The notes beneath the pieces are model-generated. The model saw nothing but the letters and a program-made list of their open reading frames with translations. It had not been told where the DNA came from and ran no database searches. The translations under genes and the position numbers were made by a program. 64,000 nucleotides of DNA from Actinomycetota bacterium (GTDB lineage Bacteria; Actinomycetota; Actinomycetes; S36-B12; UBA10799): positions 1,338-65,337 of the forward strand of contig CAUJDH010000045.1 in NCBI GenBank assembly GCA_963169225.1, read 5' to 3'. Within the stretch, counting starts at the first letter, position 1; each line of letters begins with the position of its first letter. Positions 51,349-62,094 of the stretch are shown here, piece by piece.

Positions 51349-51411
51349 AAAAGTCCTAAAGTCAATCAGTGTGGAACTAGGGTCAGTAGTTAGAACCTAC
51401 CTGTTGGACGC

Positions 51412-53010
<1,599 letters not shown>

Positions 53011-53023
53011 CTAGACTCAAGCT

Positions 53024-53983
53024 ATGCCAAGTCAGAGGGATGCCATTAAGCGCGCTTCCTCAGAAGAAGTCTCAGCCTTGATCGACTTCGGCGAGCAGCA
53101 AGCATTCCACGGCTCTCCCGTCGAGGGAATCGAGCCGCTACTCCGGGCAGTGGCTTTGGCCCGAGCCAACACCGATTTCGAGGTACTCCTGCGCGCCGAA
53201 TGGCTACTCGGCGTTTGTTACGGAGCTTCCGGTGACTACGCACGTGCCCTCGAGATCCTGGAACCGCAAGTGGCCAGCGATATTGACGGAGCTCGGTACC
53301 GCTCTCAAGGGATGGCTTGTACAACCATTGCGAGTATCTACCGCCAAGTTGCCGAACATGCTCGTGCCGAGGAGTTTGACCAATTCGCCCTCGTGATTAG
53401 CGATGGCGACCCCGAAGTGGAATTCGACGCCAAACTCGGGCTCGTGGCGGATGCCGTCGGACTCGGTGATGACAAGCTGGCCAAGTCCCGGCTCAGGGTT
53501 GCCGACCGTGCAGCAGTGGATGCACCCGGGTGGCGGACAGATGTCAGGCTGGGCTGGGTGCGATGCGAAATTGGGCTACTAACCAACGACCACCAAGCCG
53601 CCGTCGAAGGTGCAAACCAGGCGGTAGACATAGCCCGCAGAGCCAACGCACCCAGACATCGGGCTAAAAGTTTGATGTTCCTCGGCGCAAGTCACCTCGC
53701 TTGGAGTCAATCGAAGAAGCTCAAATCCAACCACCGTAAAACTGGTGTCGCCAAACTGCGCGACAGCGTCAAGATTTCGGATCGACTAGGGGCAACACCA
53801 CTTGTATGGCCGGTTCGACTGATCTTGGCATCCGAAGAATCTGGGCTCCGCGCTAAAGATCGTCAGCGGGAGCATCGCTTGGCTAAGAAGGCGATTCGCA
53901 AGATGGTGAGCGGCATGTCCGCCGACATGGGTTCTGGATGGCTTGCAAGACTGCGCGCACAGGGCGTTGATCTTCGCCCGTAA
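53024..53983 (+). CDS. hypothetical helical-repeat (TPR-like) protein
   Basis: Alpha-helical, Ala/Leu/Arg-rich 319-aa product. No catalytic motif recognised. Confidence 0.4.
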   Translation: MPSQRDAIKRASSEEVSALIDFGEQQAFHGSPVEGIEPLLRAVALARANTDFEVLLRAEWLLGVCYGASGDYARALEILEPQVASDIDGARYRSQGMACTTIASIYRQVAEHARAEEFDQFALVISDGDPEVEFDAKLGLVADAVGLGDDKLAKSRLRVADRAAVDAPGWRTDVRLGWVRCEIGLLTNDHQAAVEGANQAVDIARRANAPRHRAKSLMFLGASHLAWSQSKKLKSNHRKTGVAKLRDSVKISDRLGATPLVWPVRLILASEESGLRAKDRQREHRLAKKAIRKMVSGMSADMGSGWLARLRAQGVDLRP

Positions 53984-54063
53984 TACCGTTCCTTAAAGCT
54001 CCGTCTCTAAAAGTTGGCCTCAAGTCCTAAAGTCACCCGATCGAGTGACCGATATATAGATAC

Positions 54064-54097
54064 AGGTGGGCAGACTGGTTCAAACCTCTGCCCACCT
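54064..54097 (+). terminator. 11-bp perfect hairpin (AGGTGGGCAGA-N12-TCTGCCCACCT)
   Basis: Lies 80 nt downstream of the 53983 stop and upstream of the response regulator gene. Confidence 0.4.
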
Positions 54098-54174
54098 AAA
54101 CTTCTCGCGCGGCCGAGATCACTCCGTGATTGATGCCAAAGAAACTGATCGTAAAGTTCTGCCCTGGAGGCTCG

Positions 54175-54789
54175 ATGACCACCACTGTACTTGTGTGCGA
54201 CGACTCACCCGCCGTCCGCGAATCATTTCGCAAATCGCTGTCCACTCTCAGCGAGATCGAGCGTGTGACCGCCGCCGGAAGTGGTGAAGAGGTTCTCGCT
54301 CGCTACCCGCTCGAGCGCCCCGATGTCGTGCTCTTGGATGTGCAGATGCCTGGCATGGGCGGGGTTGAGGCCGCCAAACGCTTAGTTTCATCCCATCCGG
54401 ATGCCACTATCGTCATGCTCACCATGGGTGAAGATGTGGACGGAGTGTCAGAGGCGATCGAAGACGGCGCGCGCGGCTACATGGCCAAGAACGTGTCGGT
54501 CGAAGAACTAGCGTCCACCATGACTCTCGTACTCGCTTCGAACGCCGAACTACCTGGCCAACGTGGCGAGATCAACCGACCCGGCGGACGCCCACCGGTC
54601 CTAACCGAACGCGAGCAGCAAGTGCTGGACGGAATGAGTCGCGGACGCTCCAATGCCGAAATCGGTCGCGAACTGTTTCTATCCGAAGACACCGTCAAAA
54701 CGCATGCGCGACGTTTGTTCCGCAAGCTAGGGGCATCGGATCGCGCGCAAGCAGTCGCCTTCGGCTTCCGCTGGTCGTTCTTGCGCTAG
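54175..54789 (+). CDS. NarL/LuxR-family response regulator (no adjacent kinase)
   Basis: Receiver domain (CDD...LLDVQMP...MLT...K) plus a LuxR HTH (LTEREQQVL...[18 protein letters not shown]). GGAGG-N4-ATG at 54175. Confidence 0.88.
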   Translation: MTTTVLVCDDSPAVRESFRKSLSTLSEIERVTAAGSGEEVLARYPLERPDVVLLDVQMPGMGGVEAAKRLVSSHPDATIVMLTMGEDVDGVSEAIEDGARGYMAKNVSVEELASTMTLVLASNAELPGQRGEINRPGGRPPVLTEREQQVLDGMSRGRSNAEIGRELFLSEDTVKTHARRLFRKLGASDRAQAVAFGFRWSFLR

Positions 54790-56399
54790 TGGCTATGACC
54801 GGCGTGCGGGTCTAGCTCTTCGTCATCAAACGGCTTGTCAACGACGAGCGCCTCAGTCGTGAGGAGCATCGCGGTGATCGAACCGGCATGCTCGAGTGCC
54901 GAACGGGTCACCTTGACCGGGTCGATAACTCCAGCAGCGATCAAGTCACCGTACTCGTTGGTTCCAGCGTTGTAACCGGTTCCAGCACCACCCTCGCGCA
55001 CCTTGGACACCACAACCTGTCCGGCCTCACCAGCATTCTCAGCAATCCAAAACAGTGGCGCCGAAACACCCTTGCGGACGATCTGGACACCAGTGGCGAT
55101 ATCGCCTGTCTGGTCAAGATCCCCATCAAGAACTGTCGAAGCATGGATCACAGCTGAACCACCGCCAGCAACGATTCCTTCGGCAATTGCAGCGCGCGTG
55201 GCTGAAACGGCATCCTCGATCCGGTGCTTCTTCTCTTTGAGTTCGACCTCGGTGTGAGCACCCACCTTGATCACGCAAACACCACCGCTTAGGCGTGCTA
55301 GACGCTCCTGCAGCTTCTCGCGATCCCAATCGCTCTCGGTGCGCTCGATGTCACGGCGGATGCTAGCGACTCGATCGGAGATATCCTCCGCTGACCCGGC
55401 ACCCTCGATGATCGTTGTGTTGTCCTTGGTGACGACGATTCGGCGCGCAGTTCCCAGCACCTCAAGCCCAACTTGATCAAGTTTGAGACCAACTTCCTCG
55501 GACACAACCTGTGCACCAGTGAGGACGGCGATGTCCTGCAGGGTTGCCTTGCGACGATCACCAAATGCCGGGGCCTTGACCGCTGCCACATTGAGAGTTC
55601 CACGAATTCGGTTGGTCACCAATGTCGCGAGCGCTTCACCCTCGATGTCCTCAGCAATGATGAACAGCGGCTTATTAGCCTTAGCGACCTCTTCAAGGAT
55701 CGGGAGTAGATCACCGATGGTCGAGATTTTGCCCTGAGCCAAAAGCACGTAGGTGTCTTCGAGGACAGCCTCCATCCGCTCGGGGTCAGTCACGAAGTAA
55801 GGCGAAATGTAACCCTTATCGAACTGCATGCCCTCAGTGAAGTCGAGCTCAAGCGCAGTCGAAGATGACTCTTCCACGGAGATTACGCCGTCTTTGCCAA
55901 CCTTGTCGAAGGCCTCGGCAATCAGTTCGCCAACGTTCGGGTCTTGCGATGAAACGGTGGCGACTTGGGCGATTTCAGCCTTGTCGGTGACCTCACGTGC
56001 GTCGCTCAGAAGTTGCTCGTTGACCGCTTGTACGGCAAGCGTGATGCCCTTCTTGAGATCCATCGGATTGGCGCCAGCCGCCACGTTCCGCAGACCTTCG
56101 TGCACCATCGCCTGGGCGAGAACCGTCGCGGTAGTAGTTCCGTCTCCGGCCACATCATTGGTTTTGGTGGCTACCTCTTTGACCAGCTGCGCGCCGAGAT
56201 CTTCGTACGGATCTTGAAGCTCGATCTCGCGAGCGATCGTGACACCGTCATTGGTGATCGTCGGCGATCCCCACTGCTTGTCAATCACGACGTTGCGGCC
56301 GCGCGGACCGATCGTGACCCGAACGGCGTTGGCTAGCGCGTCTACTCCCCGCTCGAGGGACTTACGCGCATCGGTACTGAACTCTAGAATCTTTGGCAT
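54786..56399 (-). CDS. groL: chaperonin GroEL with a His-rich C-terminus
   Basis: Full-length Cpn60. The tail is ...DPHAGHSH instead of the GGM repeats. Confidence 0.97.
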   Translation of the reverse strand: MPKILEFSTDARKSLERGVDALANAVRVTIGPRGRNVVIDKQWGSPTITNDGVTIAREIELQDPYEDLGAQLVKEVATKTNDVAGDGTTTATVLAQAMVHEGLRNVAAGANPMDLKKGITLAVQAVNEQLLSDAREVTDKAEIAQVATVSSQDPNVGELIAEAFDKVGKDGVISVEESSSTALELDFTEGMQFDKGYISPYFVTDPERMEAVLEDTYVLLAQGKISTIGDLLPILEEVAKANKPLFIIAEDIEGEALATLVTNRIRGTLNVAAVKAPAFGDRRKATLQDIAVLTGAQVVSEEVGLKLDQVGLEVLGTARRIVVTKDNTTIIEGAGSAEDISDRVASIRRDIERTESDWDREKLQERLARLSGGVCVIKVGAHTEVELKEKKHRIEDAVSATRAAIAEGIVAGGGSAVIHASTVLDGDLDQTGDIATGVQIVRKGVSAPLFWIAENAGEAGQVVVSKVREGGAGTGYNAGTNEYGDLIAAGVIDPVKVTRSALEHAGSITAMLLTTEALVVDKPFDDEELDPHAGHSH

Positions 56400-56533
56400 T
56401 GTGAACCTTTACAAATCTTCTTGGAACGGCTGATTCTTGTAACGAAAAGTCTGATTGTTAGAAGCTAAGCAACGCGTTCTGCCCCGACAGACCAAGTCAC
56501 CGTGGACGGGTCTACCGGGGCAGAGACAACGCT

Positions 56534-56833
56534 TTACTTCTCGACGATCGCAAGTACGTCGCGGGCGGAGAGCAGCAAGTACTCTTCACCTGCGTACTTA
56601 ACCTCGGTGCCGCCGTACTTGGAGTAGATCACGACATCGCCTACGGAGATATCGAGCGGAATGCGCTTGGCGCCGTCCTCATCGAAACGCCCTGGGCCGG
56701 TTGCAACAACCTTTCCTTCTTGGGGCTTCTCCTGCGCAGTATCTGGGATAACCAGACCTGACGCCGTGGTTTGTTCTGCGTCCAATGGCTGCAAGAGGAT
56801 GCGATCCTCGAGTGGCTTGATAGAGACTGACAC
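56534..56833 (-). CDS. groES: co-chaperonin GroES
   Basis: 99-aa Cpn10 beginning (M)[14 protein letters not shown]. Confidence 0.97.
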   Translation of the reverse strand: MSVSIKPLEDRILLQPLDAEQTTASGLVIPDTAQEKPQEGKVVATGPGRFDEDGAKRIPLDISVGDVVIYSKYGGTEVKYAGEEYLLLSARDVLAIVEK

Positions 56834-56948
56834 GTCCCTAACCTCCCATTTTCGGGTGCCCTTGTTAAGGGCCGAATTGACTGTTTGATGTGTCGTACAG
56901 GAACTGTCGTCGCGGTGTCAGCACCCTGCTTTAGACACGTTCATTAGA

Positions 56949-56975
56949 TTAGCACTCTCCAGGGCACAGTGCTAA
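56949..56975 (-). promoter_or_regulatory. CIRCE (HrcA operator) upstream of groES
   Basis: TTAGCACTC-N9-CAGTGCTAA against the consensus TTAGCACTC-N9-GAGTGCTAA (1 mismatch). Lies 116 nt upstream of the groES start. Confidence 0.85.
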
Positions 56976-57048
56976 GACCCCCTCGCCCTCCCATTTATCG
57001 GGTTCTTCGGCTTCTGGGCGGGGACCATCTCGAACTTGAGGTAGATAA

Positions 57049-57083
57049 CTGCACTTATAGACAAGAAATGCACCGCAACTTTT
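57049..57083 (-). repeat. copy B of the short dispersed element
   Basis: CTGCACTTATAGACAAGAAATGCACCGCAACTTTT. The first 21 nt are identical to 44002-44022. It starts 17 nt downstream of the stop at 57100 and is followed by a small ACCGCA/TGCGGT hairpin. Confidence 0.6.
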
Positions 57084-57099
57084 GCGGTAGAGGCTCGGA

Positions 57100-58158
57100 C
57101 TAGCCGAGCACAGCCTCAATCTCGTTGCGAATATGATCATGAATTTGTTCTAGCCGAGCCTGCTCGTAGTCAGTTAGCTGACCAGGGCGCGTGAACCTCC
57201 AGCGGTCAGGCATCAACACGACGGGTACAGCCACAGGCGCGGTGAATCCGGGCCAGTCGCCATCGAGGTATACTTGCGCAGGAACAATCACTGATTCTGC
57301 TTGTGCCACAGCTCGAGTAAGTTCCACGATCGAGTGCGCTGTCACCACTGCAGTTGTACGACCTGAGTAGTGCACGAAAAACGGCTTGACCGCAATCCGG
57401 ATATCGATTGGAAGCGCATCCAAGAACTCCACACATGCATCCGCATTTTTGGATTTGATCAACTCCAGTAGCCTCGCTGTCGCCTCACCGATCCGGTCTG
57501 GCAACTTCTCAAGGTCCTCGCCCGCAGTTTGCTTGGCGGTGAACTCTTGGGTTTGTTCCTCGCTCCATCCGCGGATGTGAACCTGTGACCACACCGGAAG
57601 AATCTGCGGCCTGTGCTAACCAAGGACGAAACCGGCAACATCGCACCGACTAACTTCGGCCTCATTCGCGATCTCGCGCCGAAACCGTAAAGAGTCGTTA
57701 TAGGCAGCCGCGCCAAGAACCCGATGCCTACCCAGAGCGTCACTGAACACTTTCACACCCAGTTCAACTGGGTTGGATTGCACAAGCACCAACTCTCGGC
57801 CAGTGCCGTGTTCGGCCAAACCTTGCGCCCAGTACTGAAAAATCGGCAATGTTTTGGTTCCCAAATCTTGGCGCGTCATAGCTGCATTCGGGTCATGCGG
57901 AATCGACGGCCCGGCCAAGAAGATGATCACATCAGCTTTGACTTCTTCTGGCGTGAAAGCAACCGATAGCTCCGGTGCCAATTCCGAAAAGGCATCCTTG
58001 AGGTCGACAAGTAAGCCGTGAACACCAAGCTCGCTAGGGCCTCCACGGTGTGTAACGAGCTGCAAAGTGTCTTCGTGGGTAACAACCGACGCCTCAATCA
58101 ACTGGGCACACACTTCGCGACCAACTTCACCGCCAGCCCCAATAACCGCTACATCCAT
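57100..58158 (-). pseudogene. divergent LDH/MDH-family 2-hydroxyacid dehydrogenase interrupted by a single in-frame TAG
   Basis: Listed ORFs 57616..58158 and 57100..57594 are in the same frame. Read-through gives ...NDSLRFRR...VAGFVLG-TAG-HRPQILPVWSQVHIRG..., so the TAG sits where the family has the Glu of GEHG. N-terminal GAGGEVG Rossmann motif. Confidence 0.65.
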
Positions 58159-58236
58159 AGCGTCACAGTACCGAGGAAATACAGCGGCGACTACTTAGCA
58201 ACGAAGCGGCCACTTTGAGTGGAGTGCGGGGAGGCG

Positions 58237-59055
58237 CTACTTCTTGGGCAAGTAGTCCTGCAAGGCACCGAACTTGAATCCTTGGCGGTGTACTTCTTTG
58301 ATCAAGCCCCGAAGCCACTTATGGAATGGCTCCGACCAGTGCGTAAGAATGATGTCACCTGGTCGCAACTTATTGCCGACTTGGTAGCGAAGCTTGTCTT
58401 TAGGCATCGTGGTCGACCAGTTGACGATGTAGTCGATTCCGCAGGCATTGGCTGCTTTGCGAACTGACTCGTTGAAGTTGCCATAGGGCGGCCGCAACAT
58501 GAATGGGCGCTGCCCGAAGGCTTGCTGGAACTTCTCATTCGTCTGACAGATCTGATCCCTCTGTGCGCCATAGCTCAAGGTCTTGAGATCTGGATGCGAC
58601 ATGGTGTGATTTTGGATCGTCTGACCGTCACGCTGCGAAATAGCTTGGTAATACCGGTAGCGGTCACCGTTGACCGAGTTATTGGTGAGGAATTGGGTGG
58701 CGGGTACGCCATATTCGGCCAGCACGGCTGCTGTGCGCGGATCGGTGAAGTAGCCATCGTCAATCGTGAGAAACACAATCTTGCGTTTAGTCTCGATTCG
58801 AGAGATCAGGGGCGGGCCGCCATTGACCTTCTTAGGTGCTTTGACGTTTTCCGGCGGGCTAGCTACATAGTCATTGGGAGTTGCAGTCGGTGAAGCTTCT
58901 GGTGATTCCGGCGTAGGAGTCTGCCCAGAGTCGCTAGTCGCGGATTGCGCAGAAGGAGTCCCCGAGTCGGATGAGGTCGAAACACCGCATCCAGCAAGCA
59001 CGAGCGATGAGGCAACGAGACCTGCGATCAACGAATGCGGAAAACTATACTTCAC
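58237..59055 (-). CDS. polysaccharide deacetylase (NodB-homology) lipoprotein
   Basis: Lipobox LVLAGC. NodB motifs TIDDGY and HTMSHPDL. The start is uncertain (GTG 59055 or TTG 59073). Confidence 0.8.
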   Translation of the reverse strand: MKYSFPHSLIAGLVASSLVLAGCGVSTSSDSGTPSAQSATSDSGQTPTPESPEASPTATPNDYVASPPENVKAPKKVNGGPPLISRIETKRKIVFLTIDDGYFTDPRTAAVLAEYGVPATQFLTNNSVNGDRYRYYQAISQRDGQTIQNHTMSHPDLKTLSYGAQRDQICQTNEKFQQAFGQRPFMLRPPYGNFNESVRKAANACGIDYIVNWSTTMPKDKLRYQVGNKLRPGDIILTHWSEPFHKWLRGLIKEVHRQGFKFGALQDYLPKK

Positions 59056-59062
59056 CAGATAA

Positions 59063-60106
59063 CTATAAGACAACGCTGGAAGTTGGCAGCGACGACCTCA
59101 CTGCGAAATTGAGGCCATTAGGGGGCACACCAGCACGGGCCAATTTGGATCCAAGAGCTGCGACCATCGCACCATTGTCTGTACACAAATGAGGACTTGG
59201 GATTCGTACGCTAACTCCCGCGGCCAGAGCCCTGGCCTCAACCGAAGCACGCAAGGCAGAGTTGGCTGCGACACCACCGCCAATTTGCAGGTCGCTGATA
59301 CCGAAGTAGTCGCATGCGTCGAAAGTCTTCATCATCAACACATCTACAGCTGCCTGCTGGAACGAGGCGGCAACATCTGCCACAGGGAGGTCGAGTCCTT
59401 GGCGTTGCCTATCCTCAACCCAACGCGCAACCGCGGTCTTGAGACCGCTGAACGAAAAGTTAAACCGATGCTGTGATTGATCTTTGGCTGCCGTAAGCGC
59501 GCGCGGGAATGCAATCGCTTCGGGGTCACCTTCCTGAGCAGCGCGATCTATGCTGGGGCCACCTGGGAACGGCAGGCCAAGCAATCTAGCCACCTTGTCA
59601 AAAGCCTCACCCACAGCATCGTCAAGAGTGCTACCCACGGTCTCAACATCGTCGATCACATTGCCTACCCGCATGAGACTCGTGTGCCCGCCGGAGACGA
59701 GCAGAGCGATCATCGGTTCGGGCAATCGTCCGTGTTCAAGTTCATCAACCGTCACATGCGCGACCAGGTGATTGACGGCATAGATCGGACGATCCAGGCT
59801 CCAGGCCAGAGCCTTGGCACCAGAAGAACCAACGAGTAGCGCTCCTATCAAGCCCGGCCCACCGGTCACAGCCACGGCATCGATGTCACTCAGCTCGAGA
59901 CTCGACTCAGCAAGAGCACGATCCAAAGTAGGAACAAACGACTCGAGGTGAGCACGACTGGCGATCTCGGGAACAACGCCACCAAATCGCGCGTGTTCTT
60001 CGACGCTAGTTGCCACTTGGTGCGCCAGCAACGTCGTTCCTTGCACTACACCGATGCCGGTCTCGTCACACGAGGACTCAATTCCAAGAACGATTGGATC
60101 TGCCAT
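59063..60106 (-). CDS. tsaD: tRNA N6-adenosine threonylcarbamoyltransferase
   Basis: [13 protein letters not shown]-terminus and Kae1/TsaD full-length similarity. Confidence 0.95.
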   Translation of the reverse strand: MADPIVLGIESSCDETGIGVVQGTTLLAHQVATSVEEHARFGGVVPEIASRAHLESFVPTLDRALAESSLELSDIDAVAVTGGPGLIGALLVGSSGAKALAWSLDRPIYAVNHLVAHVTVDELEHGRLPEPMIALLVSGGHTSLMRVGNVIDDVETVGSTLDDAVGEAFDKVARLLGLPFPGGPSIDRAAQEGDPEAIAFPRALTAAKDQSQHRFNFSFSGLKTAVARWVEDRQRQGLDLPVADVAASFQQAAVDVLMMKTFDACDYFGISDLQIGGGVAANSALRASVEARALAAGVSVRIPSPHLCTDNGAMVAALGSKLARAGVPPNGLNFAVRSSLPTSSVVL

Positions 60107-60120
60107 TTGTTTGCCAGGCT

Positions 60121-60720
60121 CTAGCTTGCGGAGTTTTGATCAGTGGACTTCAAACCGTGGTGGTCTTCGTATCCGAGATCTTTGGACATGAGGATCGCGT
60201 CAACGCCATCGTTGTAGTACCGCTTGCGGCGCTCACCCTCGATAAACCCAGCCCGGTTGTATAAAGCAAATGCAGCGTTGTTGTCGGCGCGCACTTCAAG
60301 AAACATCTGCTTGCATTCGTGAACCCGAGCAAGGTTCACCAGCTTCTTGAGGAACTGCGTACCGAGTCCCTGCCCTTGATGACTGCGAGTAATAGCGAAA
60401 GTCATGATCTCCGATTCGGGACCTAAGAACGAGATACCTGCATACCCGACGAGCGGACCCGAACCGTCATGATCAAGCGCGTCCAACGGATCGCGAGGAA
60501 CCTCTCGACCAACCCAATAGCTGCGGGTTTCGGGCACAAGATCGAACTCTTGTTGGAAAACCTCGATGGACCAAGCATCGACCGGAAACAAGTCCGCCTC
60601 CAACTTCGCCATATCTTCCAGGTCCGAGGAAGTCGCCGGTCGCCATTGGATCGCAGTAGGAGCAGAACCCAACTCGCCTTCATCTTGTCCGGCTTGAGAG
60701 CTGGAGGTATTGGGTGTCAC
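60121..60720 (-). CDS. rimI: ribosomal-protein-alanine N-acetyltransferase
   Basis: GNAT motif A ([11 protein letters not shown]). GTGA overlap with tsaB. Syntenic position. Confidence 0.85.
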   Translation of the reverse strand: MTPNTSSSQAGQDEGELGSAPTAIQWRPATSSDLEDMAKLEADLFPVDAWSIEVFQQEFDLVPETRSYWVGREVPRDPLDALDHDGSGPLVGYAGISFLGPESEIMTFAITRSHQGQGLGTQFLKKLVNLARVHECKQMFLEVRADNNAAFALYNRAGFIEGERRKRYYNDGVDAILMSKDLGYEDHHGLKSTDQNSAS

Positions 60721-61514
60721 TGTTGTGGCCTTCCTTCGTATTCGACGGTGGGTTGTGCGGCTGGTTTAGCATCCGGTTCTCGCAAATAAAGAGGGTACGG
60801 CGCGAAGGCGCGCGCTTGCAGATCAACCAGGTCTTGCCCGTTGGATTCATGATCGACAAGTGCGCCGGAGTGAAGTTCGGCTGTTAGCACGTTGTCGATT
60901 CCAATCACATTGGCCAACCAATGCGCTGACGGATGCTTGGGGCCAACTAGACGAATCTGACCGAGGTCAGCGAAGTCTGGATACCGAGCAAAGCCGTCTC
61001 CTGCCACCGCTGGCGTCTCGCCAAACAAATCGCGGGCGAGCTCAACCACGGCATCCGGCTTCGCCACTTCTGGCCCGCGCACCCGCGAGCCGTGTTCGTC
61101 GTAGGCAGCCCAGTAGATCTCTTTGCGACGAGCATCGGTAGCCACAATGAATGCGCCGTGTGGGTCCCAATCATCCCCATGAGCAAGGGCATGAGCGCGA
61201 CCATCAACCACCTGCAGCGCGATGGCGTCGTGAGTACAAGCACCGACAGTGGGAATGCCTAGGGTGAAGCCAATCGTCTGGGCTACTACGCAACCAACCC
61301 GAGTCGATGTGTACGGACCAGGGCCAACACCAACGACCACGGCAGCTAAATCCGACTTTGCTACATTCGCGATGTCCAACGCTGAGTCAATCTGTGTGAG
61401 CGCAACTTCACCAGGATCCGAATGGTCCACAGCAGATTCAGCCAACAGTTCCCCCGCGCCACTGACCATAGCAACAGTTGTGCGCGAGGTCGCGGTATCC
61501 AGGCAAAGGAACAT
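60717..61514 (-). CDS. tsaB: tRNA threonylcarbamoyladenosine biosynthesis protein TsaB
   Basis: MFLCLDTATS N-terminus and GVGPGPYTSTRVG. Confidence 0.9.
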   Translation of the reverse strand: MFLCLDTATSRTTVAMVSGAGELLAESAVDHSDPGEVALTQIDSALDIANVAKSDLAAVVVGVGPGPYTSTRVGCVVAQTIGFTLGIPTVGACTHDAIALQVVDGRAHALAHGDDWDPHGAFIVATDARRKEIYWAAYDEHGSRVRGPEVAKPDAVVELARDLFGETPAVAGDGFARYPDFADLGQIRLVGPKHPSAHWLANVIGIDNVLTAELHSGALVDHESNGQDLVDLQARAFAPYPLYLREPDAKPAAQPTVEYEGRPQQ

Positions 61515-61536
61515 GTATCAAGCGTAATTCAACGAA

Positions 61537-61581
61537 ATTGTGTTCGATTCCTCAGCTATAGCCTGAGAAATCGAACACAAA
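61537..61581 (-). other. long intercistronic hairpin between tsaE and tsaB
   Basis: TTGTGTTCGATT (61538-61549) pairs with AATCGAACACAA (61569-61580), and an inner CTCAG pairs with CTGAG around a 7-nt loop CTATAGC. Confidence 0.5.
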
Positions 61582-61619
61582 ACACTGGGTTGTTGTGAAA
61601 CAGCAGTGAAATTCAATAA

Positions 61620-62093
61620 CTAAACCGACGAACTCTTGTGAAAGATAGCGATCTTACGTGCGTCCTCGTCATCCAGATCGCGATCAAAGATGATCTCGTA
61701 CCAGGAGTCAGCAAGCGAGGCGACAAAGTCGCTTCCCCATTCCATGACGGTGATGGATGAGTCGAGCAAAGGTTCCAAATCGATCGTCTCAAGATCATCG
61801 AGCCCGGTGAGCCGATAAGCATCAACATGCACAAGATCAGGCCCACTACCTGGATGCTCATGTACGAAAGCAATGGCATAAGTCGGACTAGTCACTGGCT
61901 CAACGATCCCGACACCTCGAGCTAGGCCACGAGTGAAGGTGGTCTTGCCAGATCCCAAAGGGCCAGTAAGCACCACTAGATCGCCGGGGCTAAGGGTCTG
62001 ACCAAATTGTTCACCAAGCTGTTCGGTCTCTTGCGCTCCGAAGGAAATACGCGGTTCTGCCGAGACGAACTGGTTGTTTGTCGCGCTGCTCAC
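61620..62093 (-). CDS. tsaE: tRNA threonylcarbamoyladenosine biosynthesis ATPase TsaE
   Basis: Walker A GPLGSGKTTFTRG. I chose the GTG at 62093, directly after the upstream TAG; the listed ORF extension overlaps the hydrolase gene. Confidence 0.88.
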   Translation of the reverse strand: MSSATNNQFVSAEPRISFGAQETEQLGEQFGQTLSPGDLVVLTGPLGSGKTTFTRGLARGVGIVEPVTSPTYAIAFVHEHPGSGPDLVHVDAYRLTGLDDLETIDLEPLLDSSITVMEWGSDFVASLADSWYEIIFDRDLDDEDARKIAIFHKSSSV

Positions 62094-62094
62094 C

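Noticed and set aside
50422-51393. 323-aa plus-strand ORF.
   Set aside because: It is antisense to the GuaB3-like gene. Shadow-ORF composition and no start context.
54064-54097. GGTTCAAACC resembling a tRNA T-loop.
   Set aside because: The loop of the hairpin is 12 nt rather than 7, and there are no acceptor, D or anticodon arms around it. It is a plain hairpin.
56400-56533. Imperfect hairpin (CTGCCCCG…CGGGGCAG) between groES and groEL.
   Set aside because: An intercistronic stem in groESL operons is common and the pairing here is interrupted. It is not distinctive.
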